From contig NW_003314291.1 in NCBI RefSeq assembly GCF_000143415.4, forward strand, positions 1,763,099-1,827,098: a stretch of DNA of 64,000 nt. Direction: 5' to 3'. The translations under genes and the position numbers were made by a program. The notes under the pieces are model-generated. The model did no database searches. It was not told the origin of the DNA and saw only the letters and a program-made list of their open reading frames with translations. Of the stretch, positions 1 through 13,800 are shown in pieces. The DNA comes from Selaginella moellendorffii. Taxonomy: Eukaryota > Plantae > Lycopodiophyta. Numbering within the stretch: position 1 is the stretch's first letter; each line of letters starts with the position of its first letter.

Positions 1-23
1 TCACTCACGGCTTCTCCTTGCAG

Positions 24-221
24 CTCTCGCCAACATCGCACTTCCAAAAGGACCTGGGGCTGGACAGCCTGGATGCTGTCGAAGTGGTGATGGCCCTCGA
101 GGATGAATTCAAGATCGAGATCCCGGACAGCGACTCGGACAAGATCGTCTCCTGCGCCGATGCCATCGAGTACATCGCAACTCGGCCATCCAAGAAAGAG
201 TCCCTCATCCATCACTTTTGA
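24..221 (+). CDS. Mitochondrial-type acyl carrier protein, last exon (gene begins upstream of the window)
   Basis: [30 protein letters not shown] contains the phosphopantetheine DSL motif. The exon follows a ttgcag acceptor ending at 23; stop at 219-221. Confidence 0.9.
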   Translation, partial: LSPTSHFQKDLGLDSLDAVEVVMALEDEFKIEIPDSDSDKIVSCADAIEYIATRPSKKESLIHHF

Positions 222-322
222 GATTGTAGCAAATGCAGATTAGGGGTTCGATTCCCCGAGAAGCAACATCATCTTCTGCTTTACTTTCTTGATGCGTCCC
301 TCTACTACGCCCTAGCGTTGCG

Positions 323-3300
323 ATGCGAGTCGTGGTTGCGTGGGCAGATCACGCGGTAAGTCGTCCTCCAGCTGCCCGCCCACCGCTCTCACTTGCAATG
401 CAGCCGGAGCACCTGCAAGCACCGAAGGCCGTCTGCTACGACTTGGCATTCAGGCCTGGTACCCACATACTAGCTACTATGCATAACTTGCTAACTCATG
501 ACCACGCCCCGTAGATGGAAGCCAGCTTATTGCTGCAGTGGGTAGCCGAGTCCTCATGTATGATGCAGCAACCGGCGACCTTTTGCATTCGCTCAAAGGT
601 GGAAGGATGGACAAATCTCTCTTTATAATGTATGTTGCCACCCTTGCAGGCCACAAAGGTGCGGTCTACTGCCTTGCCTACTCTCGTGATGGGAAACGCT
701 TTGCTTCGGGGGGTGCTGACAAGACCATCATCGTGTGGACCTACAAGGCACGAGGCGCTGCTGCACAGCTCCTCCTCCTCACCTGTGGATGGTGTGTGTG
801 TGTGTGTGTCACAGGCCGAAGGCATTCTCAAATACAGCCACGCCCACTCCATTCAGTGCCTTGCATATAACCCAGTCACCCAACAGGTGGGACGTCTGGA
901 CGCAAAAGCCCTGCCTGCTTGATTGAATTCCATTTGCGTGAAGCTTGCGAGTGGGACGGCCAGCGATTTCGGGATTTGGTCCCCTGAACAAAAGTCAGTC
1001 TTGAAACACACAACCGTGTCCAAGGTTGGTTTGGGTGGCTGAAAACGCTACTGACATCACATATGAATGTCAGGTGCTTTGTGCGTCCTGGACCAAGGAT
1101 GGCCAGATCCTGGCTCTTGGCATGTTCACTGGCCACGTCTACCTCTGTGACAGATTCGGAAACGAACAAGTGAGCGGCTGTGCGGGATTGGATTCATCCA
1201 TATTCACAAATGTTTGTCCCACCAGGCCATGATCGAAAAGTCTTCTCCAGTTTGGTCCCTGCAGTGGAACGTCCACAACAGAGCCTCTGATACCCTAGCA
1301 GTGGCCTGCTGGGATGGCACACTCACATTCTTCAACATATCAGGCAAGCAGGTTTGCTTCGCTGGGTTTTTTGAAAAAGCATGCGTCTACCTGTGGTCTT
1401 GCCAGTTTGGGAGATGCACAGACTTGGGCTTCGATCCCTGCAGCATCTCGTACACGTGTGATGGCAGGTATCTCTGCGTTGCTGGCTCTGGTCGAAAGGT
1501 GATGAGCTCCACTGGCTGCCCTTTCCGTCGACTACCCTGCCCTCCACTTGCAGGTAGAGCTTCTGTCCAACGAAGGCATCCAACTTACCACGATATGTGA
1601 GACGAGCGATTGGGTTTGGGCCGTTCGCTCTCACCCCAAGGCAGACTACGTTGCGGTGGGATGCAATGATGGGAGCATCTCTATGTTGCAGCTGGTGTTT
1701 TCAATGGTAATGCCATGTCCGAGTAAGGTCTTATATGTCTTGTATGCCTCAGGTTCACAGCTTATACCAAGAAAGGTACGCATACAGAGACGCACTGACC
1801 AGTGTCGTTGTCCAGAACCTCATCTCCAAAGAAAAGGTTTAGCCTTCATCCCTCAACCCTTTGCTCACAACATTGTGCAATGCCAGGTCCGTATCAAGTG
1901 TCACGACTACGTGAAGAGAATTGCAGTTTATCAAGACAACCTGGCAATACAGATGCCTACCAAAATCATTGTGTATCAATTGCATGGAAGTGGCTTTGCT
2001 GCATCTGACTATCAAGTTCTCGCAAAGCTTAACGGACGGATGGAATGCAACCTACTGGTACTTACGTCACGCCACTTCATTCTGTGCCACGTAAGACTTG
2101 TCTCTAACCTTTCCTTCTCTTGCTGAGATGGCTTCGGATGGCAGGAAACGGAGCTGCAGCTTTATTCCTTGTCTGGGACGAAAGAACGTGAATGGTTTCT
2201 TGATTCCTCAATTCGCTATATCAAGGTGAGCTCTCTTTTTCTTGTTGTCCCCTTTTATGGTCCGACAAGTACAGGTTTGTGGAGGACCGGTAGGAGGAGA
2301 AGGTTTGCTTGTTGGGACGAAGGCTGGACAGGTTGTACGGCTGTGGATAAACAATGCCTTTGCAGTGAATTTGTACAGTCACAAAAATCCGGTCCGTTGC
2401 CTAGATCTATCTGCCAGCGGTTCTCGCCTTGCTATTGTTGATGAGATGTCAAACCTGGTCGTCTACGATCTCCAGGTACCGGTCAAAGGTTTACGTTCTG
2501 CTGCTTCATGCCTTTTATCCCTTCCTCAGAGTAGGACAGTTTGTTACGAGGAAACATCCGCAAGCTCAGTGGCCTGGAACACAAAGCTGGACTCGATGCT
2601 TTGCTACTCTGGCAATGGCATGCTGAGCATCAAAACGGCAGACTTTCCAGTGCATCGGCAGAAGCTGCAGGGCAATGTTGTTGGCTTTCAGGGGTCAAGA
2701 ATGTTTAGCCTTCAGAACTTTACAATGCAGGTAAGGGAAATTCGTTTCTCCTTCAAATCTTCGGCAAATGTTGTTGGGTAGACTGTGGACGTTCCTCAAT
2801 CAACAAGTATGCGGCAGTATTTGCGGACAGGGGACTATCAGAACGCGTACCGTGTGGCTTGTATCGGAGTCACAGAGATGGACTGGCGGGAACTTGCACT
2901 TGAAGCTATGAAGGGTCAGGACTGGAAAGTAGCTCGGGCTGGCTTTATGCGTCTCAGAGACGTTCCTTTTCTCGATCTCCTAAGCCACGCAGCTGACTAT
3001 CAACCTTGTCATCTTGCAGCTTGCAGATATGCGTTCCAGGTTTCTTTGCTGTTCTTATCTTCGTGGCTGTGGCTAACCTTGCCTAGCCAGGGAGATTTTG
3101 AAGCCGCTGCTCAAGCTTACTGTGAATCTGGAGAAGTTGACAAAGCAATGGAAATGTATGCCGATTTACGGATGTTTGAAAAAGCTAAAGCACTAGCCGA
3201 ATGCATCCAAAACAAGGACCAGAACAACAAAGCGAACGTGAGAGACATAATTCAAAGGCAAGCCGAATGGACTGAAGAGACAAACGACCACAACACCGCA

Positions 3301-4882
3301 GTTGACATGTACATCATTGCGGGCCAACCTCAGAAGGCTCTGAGTATTCTTGCTGCTCATGGTCCAGCACTCAAGCTTATTGAGGTAAGTTAATGTGTTC
3401 CGCCCGTTCCTTAAAGGAGGCTGCTGAAAGATGCTCTTGATTTCAGGTTTCACGAAGGCTTAACAAGTCGGATATACAGGAACTTAAACAGTGTGCATCA
3501 CTAATGCACAAACATGGGTTGTATACCCATGCTTTGGAGACATATACTAAGCTCTCTGATTTTCGGTGGGTGTTACACATTCTGTCTCTCTTTTAACTTA
3601 CCTTGCAGGTCAGATCGACTTTGCTGCTCCATATAGAGCTTGAGCAATGGGAGGAAGCATTTACAGTGAAGAAACTTCACCCCGAGCTTCAAGAAGATGT
3701 GAATCTACCATATGCACAATGGCTAATCAGCAGAGACCGATTTGAGGACGCCCATTTGGTCTACAGACAAGCCGGGCGGCCTGATCTGTCAGAACGTCTG
3801 TTTGCTCAGCTCATTGAAAACGCTGTAAGTCCTTTTCTTCCCTCACATGTCACTTGTTGTCGACTGCGTCCAGGTGAAAGAAAAGAGGTTCAAAGATGCT
3901 GCACATAGTTCGTGGTTACTGGGTATAGAAAAGCTGCAGGTCGATGGAAAATCTGAGGACGAAGACCATAGACGACTGCGGCTGTGTGCAGACATATATT
4001 ATGCTTACTCCTATATAGACCAGTCCATCAGCGAACCATTCAGAACAACCTTACCGGAGACGCTCATTGGCACTGCACGCTTCGTCCTTGCCCGAATTCC
4101 AAGGAACTCCATTGCAGGGGTTTCCGTCGCCAACATTTTGGTTACACTTGCCCGGCATGGGGAACAACTAGGTGGGCAATTCGTTTATTCACGCCCCTCT
4201 TATCGGTTGGTCTCGGGCAGGTGAACACGACGTTGCAAAGGAAGCATACGAGCATTTGCGGCGCTTGAGGGTGCCCTCAAGCTGGGCAGACAAGCTGGAG
4301 GCTGCCACTTTAGCTTCCAGAGCTCGCGCTTTTGTCAGGACCATCGGCCCTTCCGTTTGTTTCTTATGCTCTGGGACATCTCCCTTCGTCTCCTACTTTG
4401 AAACCGACTCGTGCGCCAAATGCCGTCAGCCCAAGTTCTGGTCTTTCTCGACTTTCCGGCAGCTTCCTGTGGTAAGGTTCGGAAAGTATGGAGTTTATTG
4501 AGGCGCGCATCGTTTTGTCACGTGCCAGGTTCAAGTCTTCCTAAAGGATGGCATCACACATCAACGGGCACTGGAACTGTTGCAGCGCTACAACGAGTCT
4601 GATGTGCATGGAACAAACGTGGAGTACTTGGGCCTGCAGCACAACCTCCATACTGGACGAGTTTATATGGATGACAAAACGCTGTCTAAGCTGCAGGCCT
4701 CGCAGTTTTTCGCAGTCGTGCCAACTGGAGGTGCCACCATTCAAGCTCGCTACTTCATAAGTCTGGAACCTTCACTGTCACTATTTCAGTGCCCATCGTG
4801 CGAGCACTTTTTTGAGTTGGAAGAGTGGGACTTCACCGTCCTCAGGCATGGCTGCTGTGCGTTTTGCCGAAATGCTATGTAA
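323..4882 (+). CDS. IFT122: Intraflagellar transport protein 122 (IFT-A complex), multi-exon
   Basis: Spliced peptides [116 protein letters not shown] and C-terminal CPSCEHFF...GCCAFCR*. WD40 repeats plus alpha-solenoid; many ~50-60 nt introns. Confidence 0.95.
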
Positions 4883-5013
4883 AAAGGGAATATTCTAGAA
4901 CCGCAAGGGCTTTCTTTTCTTTCCTTGTTCGTGCTTCCCGGGGGCCTCTAATTTCCTTCACTTGCGTAGGCCCTCATGACCGAAAAAAGCTTCTTGTTGT
5001 TGTGCGATGCGAC

Positions 5014-8000
5014 ATGGTCAAGCTTCAAGACATCATTCGGGATCAAGACTATATGATGTACATGGAGCGTGCAAACAGACTAGGTCTCGTTGATGAGGTT
5101 GCCAGTTTGGAGGAGGAGATGATCTTGAAAAGGTGTCAGGTATCTGAATGGCTAGCTCAGGTAATCCAAACATGGGATGCGGACAGACCGGCACTAGAAA
5201 AGCGTATAGAAGATGCGAGGAAAATTGGATTGGATGAGGTCGCCATGAAAACGGAGGCTGCCATATCAGCAAGGGAGAATGTAGTCGCACGGAGCATAGA
5301 GGTAGCCATTGACAAAGAGTTACACAGCGCGTTTGAGCAGTGGCTACAAAATGCACAAAGAATGGGTATGGACGATCTTGTCAGGAAGTCTAGCGTTGCT
5401 TTCAAAGCGAGAATGAAAAGTATTGAGCTGCAACTTCTGCAAAAGGCAACATCTGGCACAAAAGAAGAGTTTATTGCTATGTCTGAAAGAGCTCATTCCC
5501 TAGGCTTAACTGCAGCAGTGAACCGTTCCAGAAGAATAGTATATAAAAGGGTTTCTGGGCTCTTCAGTGTTGCTGGACATGCTCAGCAAACAAATGCTGA
5601 ACAGTGGAATTCGCTACAAGAACGAGCAGACGCCCTGGGCATCAGTCGCGAAGTATTGGATCATATAGCAGGACACTGCGATAAACGAAGTTTGGAGACG
5701 ATAGATCATGATAGACCAGCTACAGTGACGCATGAGCCGGCTGTGGTTGAAGCTAATGTACCATTGTGGTCAATGATGCAGAATTGGACAGAAATAAATC
5801 AAGTAAGGAAGAGGTGGCAGAGAAGCATGGAAATTTCTGAACAGGCGCAAGTAGCCATAAATGCGTCTCCCATCAAAATGAGGGCCATGGATACACGGAT
5901 TATTTCTGCAAGTCCAAGGCAGCAAGGCGTCGATTACGAGAGTGAGTGTGATGAAAAGCATGATTCTGAACCATTACGATCTGAGAGCAGCAAAGAAATG
6001 GACATGGACGCAATTTTGTGCATGCCTTTGATTCTTACCCGACACACCATCGAGCAAAAGCTGGGCTGTTCTCCAAATAACCTACAGTGGGTGACAAAAC
6101 TGGACTTGAGCCATGAAGGTCTTACTTCCCTCGGAGATGGGGTGATATCTGAATGGTGTCCCAGGATAATAGCTCTTACTTGTGATATGAATCGTCTAAC
6201 CACACTGAAGGATGCTTTTCTTGGGTGTGAGCAGCAGGTAGAGCATGTTTCGGCACGAAACAACTTCATATCGGATCTTTCGGGCTTGCAGAGCTTATGT
6301 AGTTTAGAAAGTCTTCACCTCGATGGGAATAATCTTATTAGTCTTGGTCCTTGGTGCCAGAAGACTCAAGAGGTGACGGTTAATTATAATTACTGTGTGA
6401 AGCTCAAAGAGCTCACCCTGAGCTGCAACAGAATAGCCAAAATATCAAAGATGGGAGTCTTTTGTCCGTGTCTTCAAGTTTTAGACCTTGCATCAAACCA
6501 CCTCGTCACCATGGGTACAGCATTGACTGGGCTAAACCAGCTACGAGTACTAGATGTTGGACAGAACAGGCTCAAAGGCCCGAGTCTGTGGGACGCATTG
6601 AGAAACTGTCCTCTCCTTATTTCGCTTGTAGCCTCAAGAAATCGGCTTACAGATCTCCCATCTTTTGCGGGAAGTGTCCTCTTGCGTGAACTGTGGCTTA
6701 ACGGTAACGCTATTCGAAAGTTGTCTTCTGTGGCTTGGATGCCAAACTTACAAAGGTTATACCTTCAAGATAATTCGATTGACACGGTTGAGCCTCTATG
6801 GGGCTGCCCAGCACTGGAGGTACCTCTAATTCCTAGTGAACATAGACACCTTTGACCTCCAACTGTCTTGGCTGCAGGTGCTTGACTTGTCGTTCAATTC
6901 AATATCTGATTTGACTCAGTTGCGTCAACTTGCGTGCTTTATACATTTGCGGTCTTTGCAGCTGAATGACAATCCTGTTTCTGAGCACGTGGAGTATGTG
7001 GATACTGTTCTAAACGCTGTGCCTTGGTTGATCGAGCTTGACAATGAGGCAGTAGGAGAAAGCACTAAAAGCGAGGTCGTCAAAACGATTTTTCTAAACG
7101 TAATGCGTGTTATTGGGATGCAATATCTTCATGAAAAAGCTGCACGAAATGAAATAATTTCCTCAGTATGCGAAAAGCCGGATGAGATTCAAATGGTGGT
7201 GATCAAGTGCACAACTCAGAATCAATCCTATCAGTGGTTCCAGCATCCGACTGCGATTTCTGGGCACAACCAGGATTTGGAGCATCATACTCTTCCCTTA
7301 GATACGTTCCGAAACGGCTCAGCTTGTTGGATTATCCTGCGGGCAGCAGTGCTCGAAGCTCTTCAGTACGACAGTATAAGATCTACCCTGGCAGCTTCGG
7401 GATTGGAACATGTTAATGAGAAAGGCCTCTGCTTATCCACCGACATGCGAGCAAAGCTGGACGTGCTATGTAGCTTACAGATGTGTTCGAAGCAGAGGGA
7501 AAAGCTTTTACTTGCAAGCAAGGATTTTTCAGCTGAAAGAGATGACTATGTCAATACAAGAAAAAATGACTTGGAAATTTGCTTGGAGGAACACGTCAGC
7601 TTTCAAAACACCTCGTGGGCAGCTTTGACAAGAAAGAATGAGGCTACTAATGCCATACAAGCTCTATGGAAAGGAAGGACAATGCAAAAAAAAATTGCGT
7701 TATTGAATCGCCATAAAACAAAAGAATCCTTTATTAAGCTGCAGGCTCTTTGGAGAGGGTATTCATTTCGCAAAAAATTAAAAGGAGCAATTGCAAGCTC
7801 CAAGTACATCGACAACGACACTTTTGACTACGGCCTTGTTGACGAAGAGCATTTCTTTGTTGATGATAACCAATTCGGGTGTTCAAAAGTAAGTCCATTC
7901 AATTTGTGCTGTCACTTTACAAGGACATTTCCGATTGGTCAGGATATAATCGTTGGCTCAGCATCTTCTGGTCAATTGCAGGACGTAGATTGCTTACTCC

Positions 8001-8620
8001 GGTGTCTCCTTAATAGGAGCAATCGAACTGAATCTAAGGTAAGAATGCCATTGATTCTGTAGCATGACTTGCATGGTATCAGCTTGGCGACGAACCGGAG
8101 ATAAAGAACGAACTGGCACAGATAGCTGATGAATGGTGCGTAACTCTCCCGGTTGATACTTGTTTTCAACTTGTACAATGCACAGGGGATTTAAAAGCGC
8201 AACAACTATCAAACAGTTCATGAAAGCTTGTAGAAAGGTGAAAAGACCAGCTAAAATATTAAAATCATTCATACACGGTATGGCATTATTTTTCATCCTT
8301 TGGAAGATTACGTTTGCAATGGTACAGATCCACAAAAACGATTACTGTTATCTAAAATCAATGCAGGAGTTTCAAGTGAAAGAAAAAGATTGCCAAGTAA
8401 GTGTTGGAGCTGCCATGACTAAGTTTATGGTGTGTTTTTGGTAGATATAAAGAAAAAACTTCGCAAGTCTTCCCATGACAATGAGGATGTAATAAGTCGC
8501 TCACATCTCACGCGGCCGAAAGATGTTTTAAAGCCCAGTGTGTATTGCTTTGTCGACAAAATGGTTTGATGCGAATATTCTTCCGAAGTGCATATGGGGT
8601 TTTGAATCTCCCGCCATATG
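5014..8620 (+). CDS. Leucine-rich repeat and IQ-motif protein, LRRIQ1-like (3' end approximate)
   Basis: ATG at 5014. Coiled N-terminus, SDS22-type LRRs (LxxLxLxxNxI), intron 6820-6877, two IQ motifs (IQALWKGRTMQK, LQALWRGYSFRK), DNDTFDYGLVDE, and a spliced DEW/GFKSATT segment typical of LRRIQ1. Confidence 0.75.
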
Positions 8621-8702
8621 ACATGCCCTAATCCGGAGTCAGGGGTTTTGGAAAGGTAGCTTCATTTTGGCGGCGGTCTGACCTTGTTAGAGTTCATTCA
8701 AG

Positions 8703-9765
8703 ATGAATAACAATCTTTTGACGGAAAGGGCGATTAGAGATGTTTTTGAGGTGACGAGCTACATTACTTTTGGTAGCGAAGATGCACCACTGCAATATGG
8801 ACTTAAGGCTCGTAAGTGTCATCACTATGTTTGAACGATCAACTTGTTGTCTATGATGCAGCACTCCGGTCTGCAATCACGGGCAAACATATGGTTACAA
8901 ATCCGGCAAAGAAGGGAAAAACAGTAGATGTCTACTTTCAAAAAGAGCATCCGTGGGTGTCTGATGTAAGTCTGGAAGACGAACCGCATAAACACTATAA
9001 TTATTTGTAACAGTTACCTGGAAATCTCAGGGAGACCCCTACAAAGACCGCATGGGATACCGAGAGCTTCAACCTGAGAAATATAAAGGCTTCTTATCTT
9101 CAGACTTTACAAAGAGGGATGAGTTTAGCAATACAATGCGCACCAATCAATATCGGGAAATGCTTGAGGTGAACTGGACTTTTCTATTTCAATACAGCAT
9201 ATAATGACTCGCTTGATAACAGGTTGATAATAAACACAGCAAAAAGACCTTGGCTGCAATGACAGAGCAGATTGCTGAACTGGCTGATGGAAAAGAAGAG
9301 AAGCGAGTTCCAACGCGGGTATAGAGTTTTTTTTTTTTTTTTTTTTGTTTTGTTTCTCCTTTCTATACTTTTGGTTGTGAAACAGTTTGAAGGGCCAAAG
9401 TATTTGTATGATATTGGAAACCCAGGCCTGGCAGTNNNNNNNNNNNNNNNNNNNNNNNNNNNNNNNNNNNNNNNNNNNNNNNNNNNNNNNNNNNNNNNNN
9501 NNNNNNNNNNNNNNNNNNNNNNNNNNNNNNNNNNNNNNNNNNNNNNNNNNNNNNNNNNNNNNNNNNNNNNNNNNNNNNNNNNNNNNNNNNNNNNCAGACA
9601 GCGTCTGATGAAATAGGCAGGCATGCTAACTCGTTTGGATATACAAAGCCACACTTTGCACACAAGCCAATTATAGAAGACACTTTTTATCGTCAGAAAA
9701 ACATTTTTTTTCCTGCTAAGACTAGAACGAACTTTGTTCAACAAGCGAATCCTGTTGAAGACTAA
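8703..9765 (+). CDS. Small spliced protein, probably axonemal, CFAP96 (C4orf47)-related; spans an assembly gap
   Basis: Manual splicing gives MNNNLLTERAIRDVFEVTSYITFGSEDAPLQYGLKAPLRSAITGKHMVTNPAKKGKTVDVYFQKEHPWVSDGDPYKDR...GFLSSDFTKRDEFSNTMRTNQYREMLE...KYLYDIG [gap] KPHFAHKPIIEDTFYRQKNIFF...*. The YITxG, TNPxKKG and YF..GDPY motifs resemble CFAP96. Confidence 0.55.
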
Positions 9766-10817
9766 TTGTTTTTCAATGCGATTGTTTATATTGCAACCTA
9801 AGCCATATGCAAGCGTGTACAGTATGAAAGTCCATGAATCCAAAGACGAATATAGTCACCAATAGTTAAGGGAATAAACCACATATTCTATATTGCAGCA
9901 GTAAACAACAATAGTAAAGTAGAAACTTGCTTCAAGCATTTTTACTGTTACCATCCCCGGCTACAGAACTATATCATTTTCTTAAATATAAAAGCAGGTC
10001 CTTATAAACTATAGACGATCTTTTTGTTCTGTGGGTTTCTAAGAGGTTAAGAAAGGCACAGCATTCCGGGACAAAGATAAAAGAAAAGAAATGCAGAAAA
10101 CGAAGAACTGCATAATATTTACAACTGAAAATAACGTGAAACATAGTCCCCATAAACGTATATTATAGGCCTGCTCTAACATTGGCATATTGATCTACTA
10201 TATTTTCAATCCTGCGCCCTAAAAGCGAAACCAGATTTTCTTAATTTGTATATTGCAGTTAATCTAAAGTGTTTTTTTTTTTTCTTTTATGAAAACCTGA
10301 GTCCAGGAACACGGATGGATGGATTACATTTTTAATTTCATTATACTTTATTTCAATGCAACTCTATGAAGTAGCATACGAGGGAGATAAAATGTTAGCT
10401 TGCTGGCTCAGGCTCAAGCAGTACGAAAAGGCCATCATCTAGTGCAATGTTGTCCATTGCTCAAAAGATAGCTTAGAGTTTTTTCTCTTTTATGCTGTAC
10501 AGTACCACAGCATAGCATAAGGTGAGGTGTTTTTGGTTTAGATTCTGAAGTAATCCGGCATTTTTGGTGAATGCTTATTGTTGAGGTCTGCCAGTATTAT
10601 GCGACTCATTTTCCAGTAGCAGTCCAAAGTTTTTATGAAACAAGCCGCAAATACCACTTCAGACCATGGCAGCAACTTGCCTCAGAGAATTCATTTTTAG
10701 GAGGTTCTTTAGAAAAAGCATATTTGAGCATTTACTGTATAATATTTAATGACCTTGTATTGCATAGTTTAAAGTGCGCTTTTGTTAAATACATGTAGCT
10801 TTTACATATTCAGGAGC

Positions 10818-13800
10818 TCATGGCGAAACTGGCTGTCTTTTGACCTTTTCTATGTCATTCTCTATTTCTCTAAGACTGCACAATAATCGAAGTTAGAATA
10901 GAAATAGAAAGACATCTCGAACACACCGTAACCGGAGCTCTAGTTGACGTTGCTTCACAATCAGGGGATTTGGTGCAGAACGTACTTCTTGGTCTGATCC
11001 TGCCCCTGGGGGTGGAATCCAAAGAGGATTGTACACCTGTACTAAGCTACCAAAATCAGAATCTTATAATTATATGTTTGGAATCAGACCCTTGTTTCAT
11101 CACAGGCCGTGTCATCTTCTGTTTCCTTCACATCTTTAAATTTTGCTCTGTTACGATTTCTTGATACTCTCCGTCCAAGGGCAAAGATTATACACAAGAA
11201 ACTTAAGGACGCCAATCCAATCGAACCAACTGTAGCGCCGTATATCCGGGCCTCCTTCACTGAAAACGACAAAAACGTTTAATAAAAGATATATTTTAAA
11301 TTTTGCTTACTGTAAGCCCACCAAGCACTTCTGGGAACCGCTATGAATATAATAATTAGTTTTTGCGCTATAAGTGGATGTAAGAAATCCGAAGGACAGG
11401 TTTCAGAGCAACCAAAGTTTCCCATGTCATTGACAATCAAAGTAAGCACTTCGCCATCCACAGTTCCCTGTGTAAGAGTACCAATTAACCTTAACATAAA
11501 TAAGAGCATGATTAACTTACATTGTAGGTTATGGTGGACAACGCGATGTTACATTCTGCCACTGTACCACGAAATCTCACTGCCTGGGCCTGGACACTAA
11601 AGAAGCCGTTTGAAATTATAGCTGAAAGACAGGGCTCCCACATGTAGCTGTTCTCCAGTCTGTATTCCGCACTAGTTACAGAACTTTGGGGTAGCAAAAT
11701 TGTAAGGGAACCAGAACTTGTCTCGAGCGTGATCTCCAAATTGTGTATTCTCCCATCCTCTGGCCAAAAAGTGCTGTTACAACTAACTGACGTCCAATGA
11801 GATATACCTCTAATATCAGAAGCATCGGGATCTCCCACAGAAATGCCTGCGATAGGATTTTTCACTTTGAATGCCACCGTATTGCCTGATAAGGGCTTCA
11901 GGCTACCATCATATTGTTTCAAAACATAGTCCGGTGCACTTATAAACGGCGGGTCATTGAAGGGAAGAACCTGAACTGGAATGCTGACAGTATCTCCAGT
12001 GTTGTTGCTATTCCTTATTGACAACATCAGCGTATCGTTACCATTGTAATGACTATCACTGTATTAACGAAGGTTAGCTTTTGCAAATTAAGAAGGGATA
12101 TGAACTAACCCAATATAAAGGAAGTTTTGAATTGCCTTGTTGATAGCGTCCGAATTGCCTAATAAAGTTATATTATAACCAAATGTTGTTTTATTTCCCA
12201 TGTCATGCCACAACTGGGGCGCGTCCCCAGGAAGATACAAGTGTCCATGCTCGGCAAACACGTCCAATGTAAGAAGTTCTGTATTATTCGTGTAACTCAA
12301 ATATAGTTCATTAAAATCGCTGTTAGCGAAATGCAATGAATATATGAACTAGAAATTTGTGACAGCGTACTCTGAAGTCGAAATGGACTGGCCTTCAATG
12401 CCTATCAATGCTTTGGGCCAAAATGTGAATTCTGGCGGCTCCGTACGAACAGAAACGAAAACAAGTCCATTTGCTGATTGGTTCGGGGAAGAAGGGCTTG
12501 TAACCGTTAAGACATATATGAACATATCGTTCCCCTTGTATCCCTTTCTTGGAGTGTATCTGACTTTCCCGTTTTCAGCAACTACTGACCCAAATGATGG
12601 AGCCTACAAATTAAAAGCAGATTATTGATTGCTCTTCTAATTGTTACCTTGTAGAAGCCGGTCAACACCTTCTTCCCGCCATCAACAATGTCATTTGCCA
12701 ATACATCAATTACTATGGACACCTCATCCCATGTCCATATGGTGTCGTCTACAGCTTTTGGAAATGACGCCTCTGCAAGTCATTACTTTAAAAAATATTC
12801 AAAGGACATTCTAATGATTTTACCTGAGATTACGTTCACCTTTACAGGGCTTCCTGGCAATGGAATGTTGTCATAAGTGACGGTGATTGTGTATTGACCA
12901 ATATCAAATATTGTATAGGCAGTTGAGTATCCCTTCCCACTATCTGAAATACTTTGGGTCAAAGATCCACCACTACCATCGATCTTCCAGCGGATTTTAT
13001 CTCGCTGTCCCTGAACAAAGTTTCCGAGGGAATCTAGTAAGTAGACAGAGACCTGTTGCATAGAATTTCTTGCAATTTTTGATTGTAAACCTTCTCCAGA
13101 AATTCTTGACTGGTTGATCATTACTGGCCCTGCATTAGGGTATTAAAACGTGATGGATCCTGTGCGAATCACTTACCAGCTGCTATTGTCAGTTGTCGCT
13201 GACAGAGGACATAGTACATCCAGGTAACGGTGATGTTATAAACGCCCGCTTTTGTAGTTGTGTAGCTGATGTGATAAAGGCCGTCCAAAGTGACGTCTGG
13301 AGTCGGATTTCCTAACACGTAATAATCTCCAAGGCTCAAAGACGTTTTGACAGTCTTGCGGGATGAAATGTTTGCTTCAAATTCATATGCTGTGTCATCT
13401 GTGGAATCCAGCAACTGCAAATCAAATGATGCGGAACCACCGACACTGGCCCCTGTGTATCCGTCACCATAACAATTACCCTTGGCTGGATCCACAATAC
13501 CTGTATAAAAGGACGACAATGTTCATGATCACACGCCATTCATCTTACCGACAAAAGTTGTAAATTTAGCGGGAGATCCTTTCACACTAATGTTTCCAGC
13601 AAGTACTTGGAGTTGAAAGTTTCCTTCATGTGATGTAAATGAAACCAACACCTTTCCAAGTGTAGATGGATCCATAGCAGTCATATTCAGGTCGTCAAGA
13701 GGATAGGTGCTCGTATCTTCAAGTAATTGGAATCCAGCAGTTTGCTGAACTCTATAAAGTGTCACATCAAATAAGTATTCATCTGCAACTGGGTTGTTGT

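Noticed and set aside
4825-5013. N-terminal extension of the 676-aa ORF
   Set aside because: Starts at a non-ATG codon overlapping the end of IFT122; the plausible start is the ATG at 5014.
9184-9843. ORFs containing long X runs (also near 54307 and 61983)
   Set aside because: Artefacts of N gaps at 9436-9594, 54432-54531 and 62040-62139.
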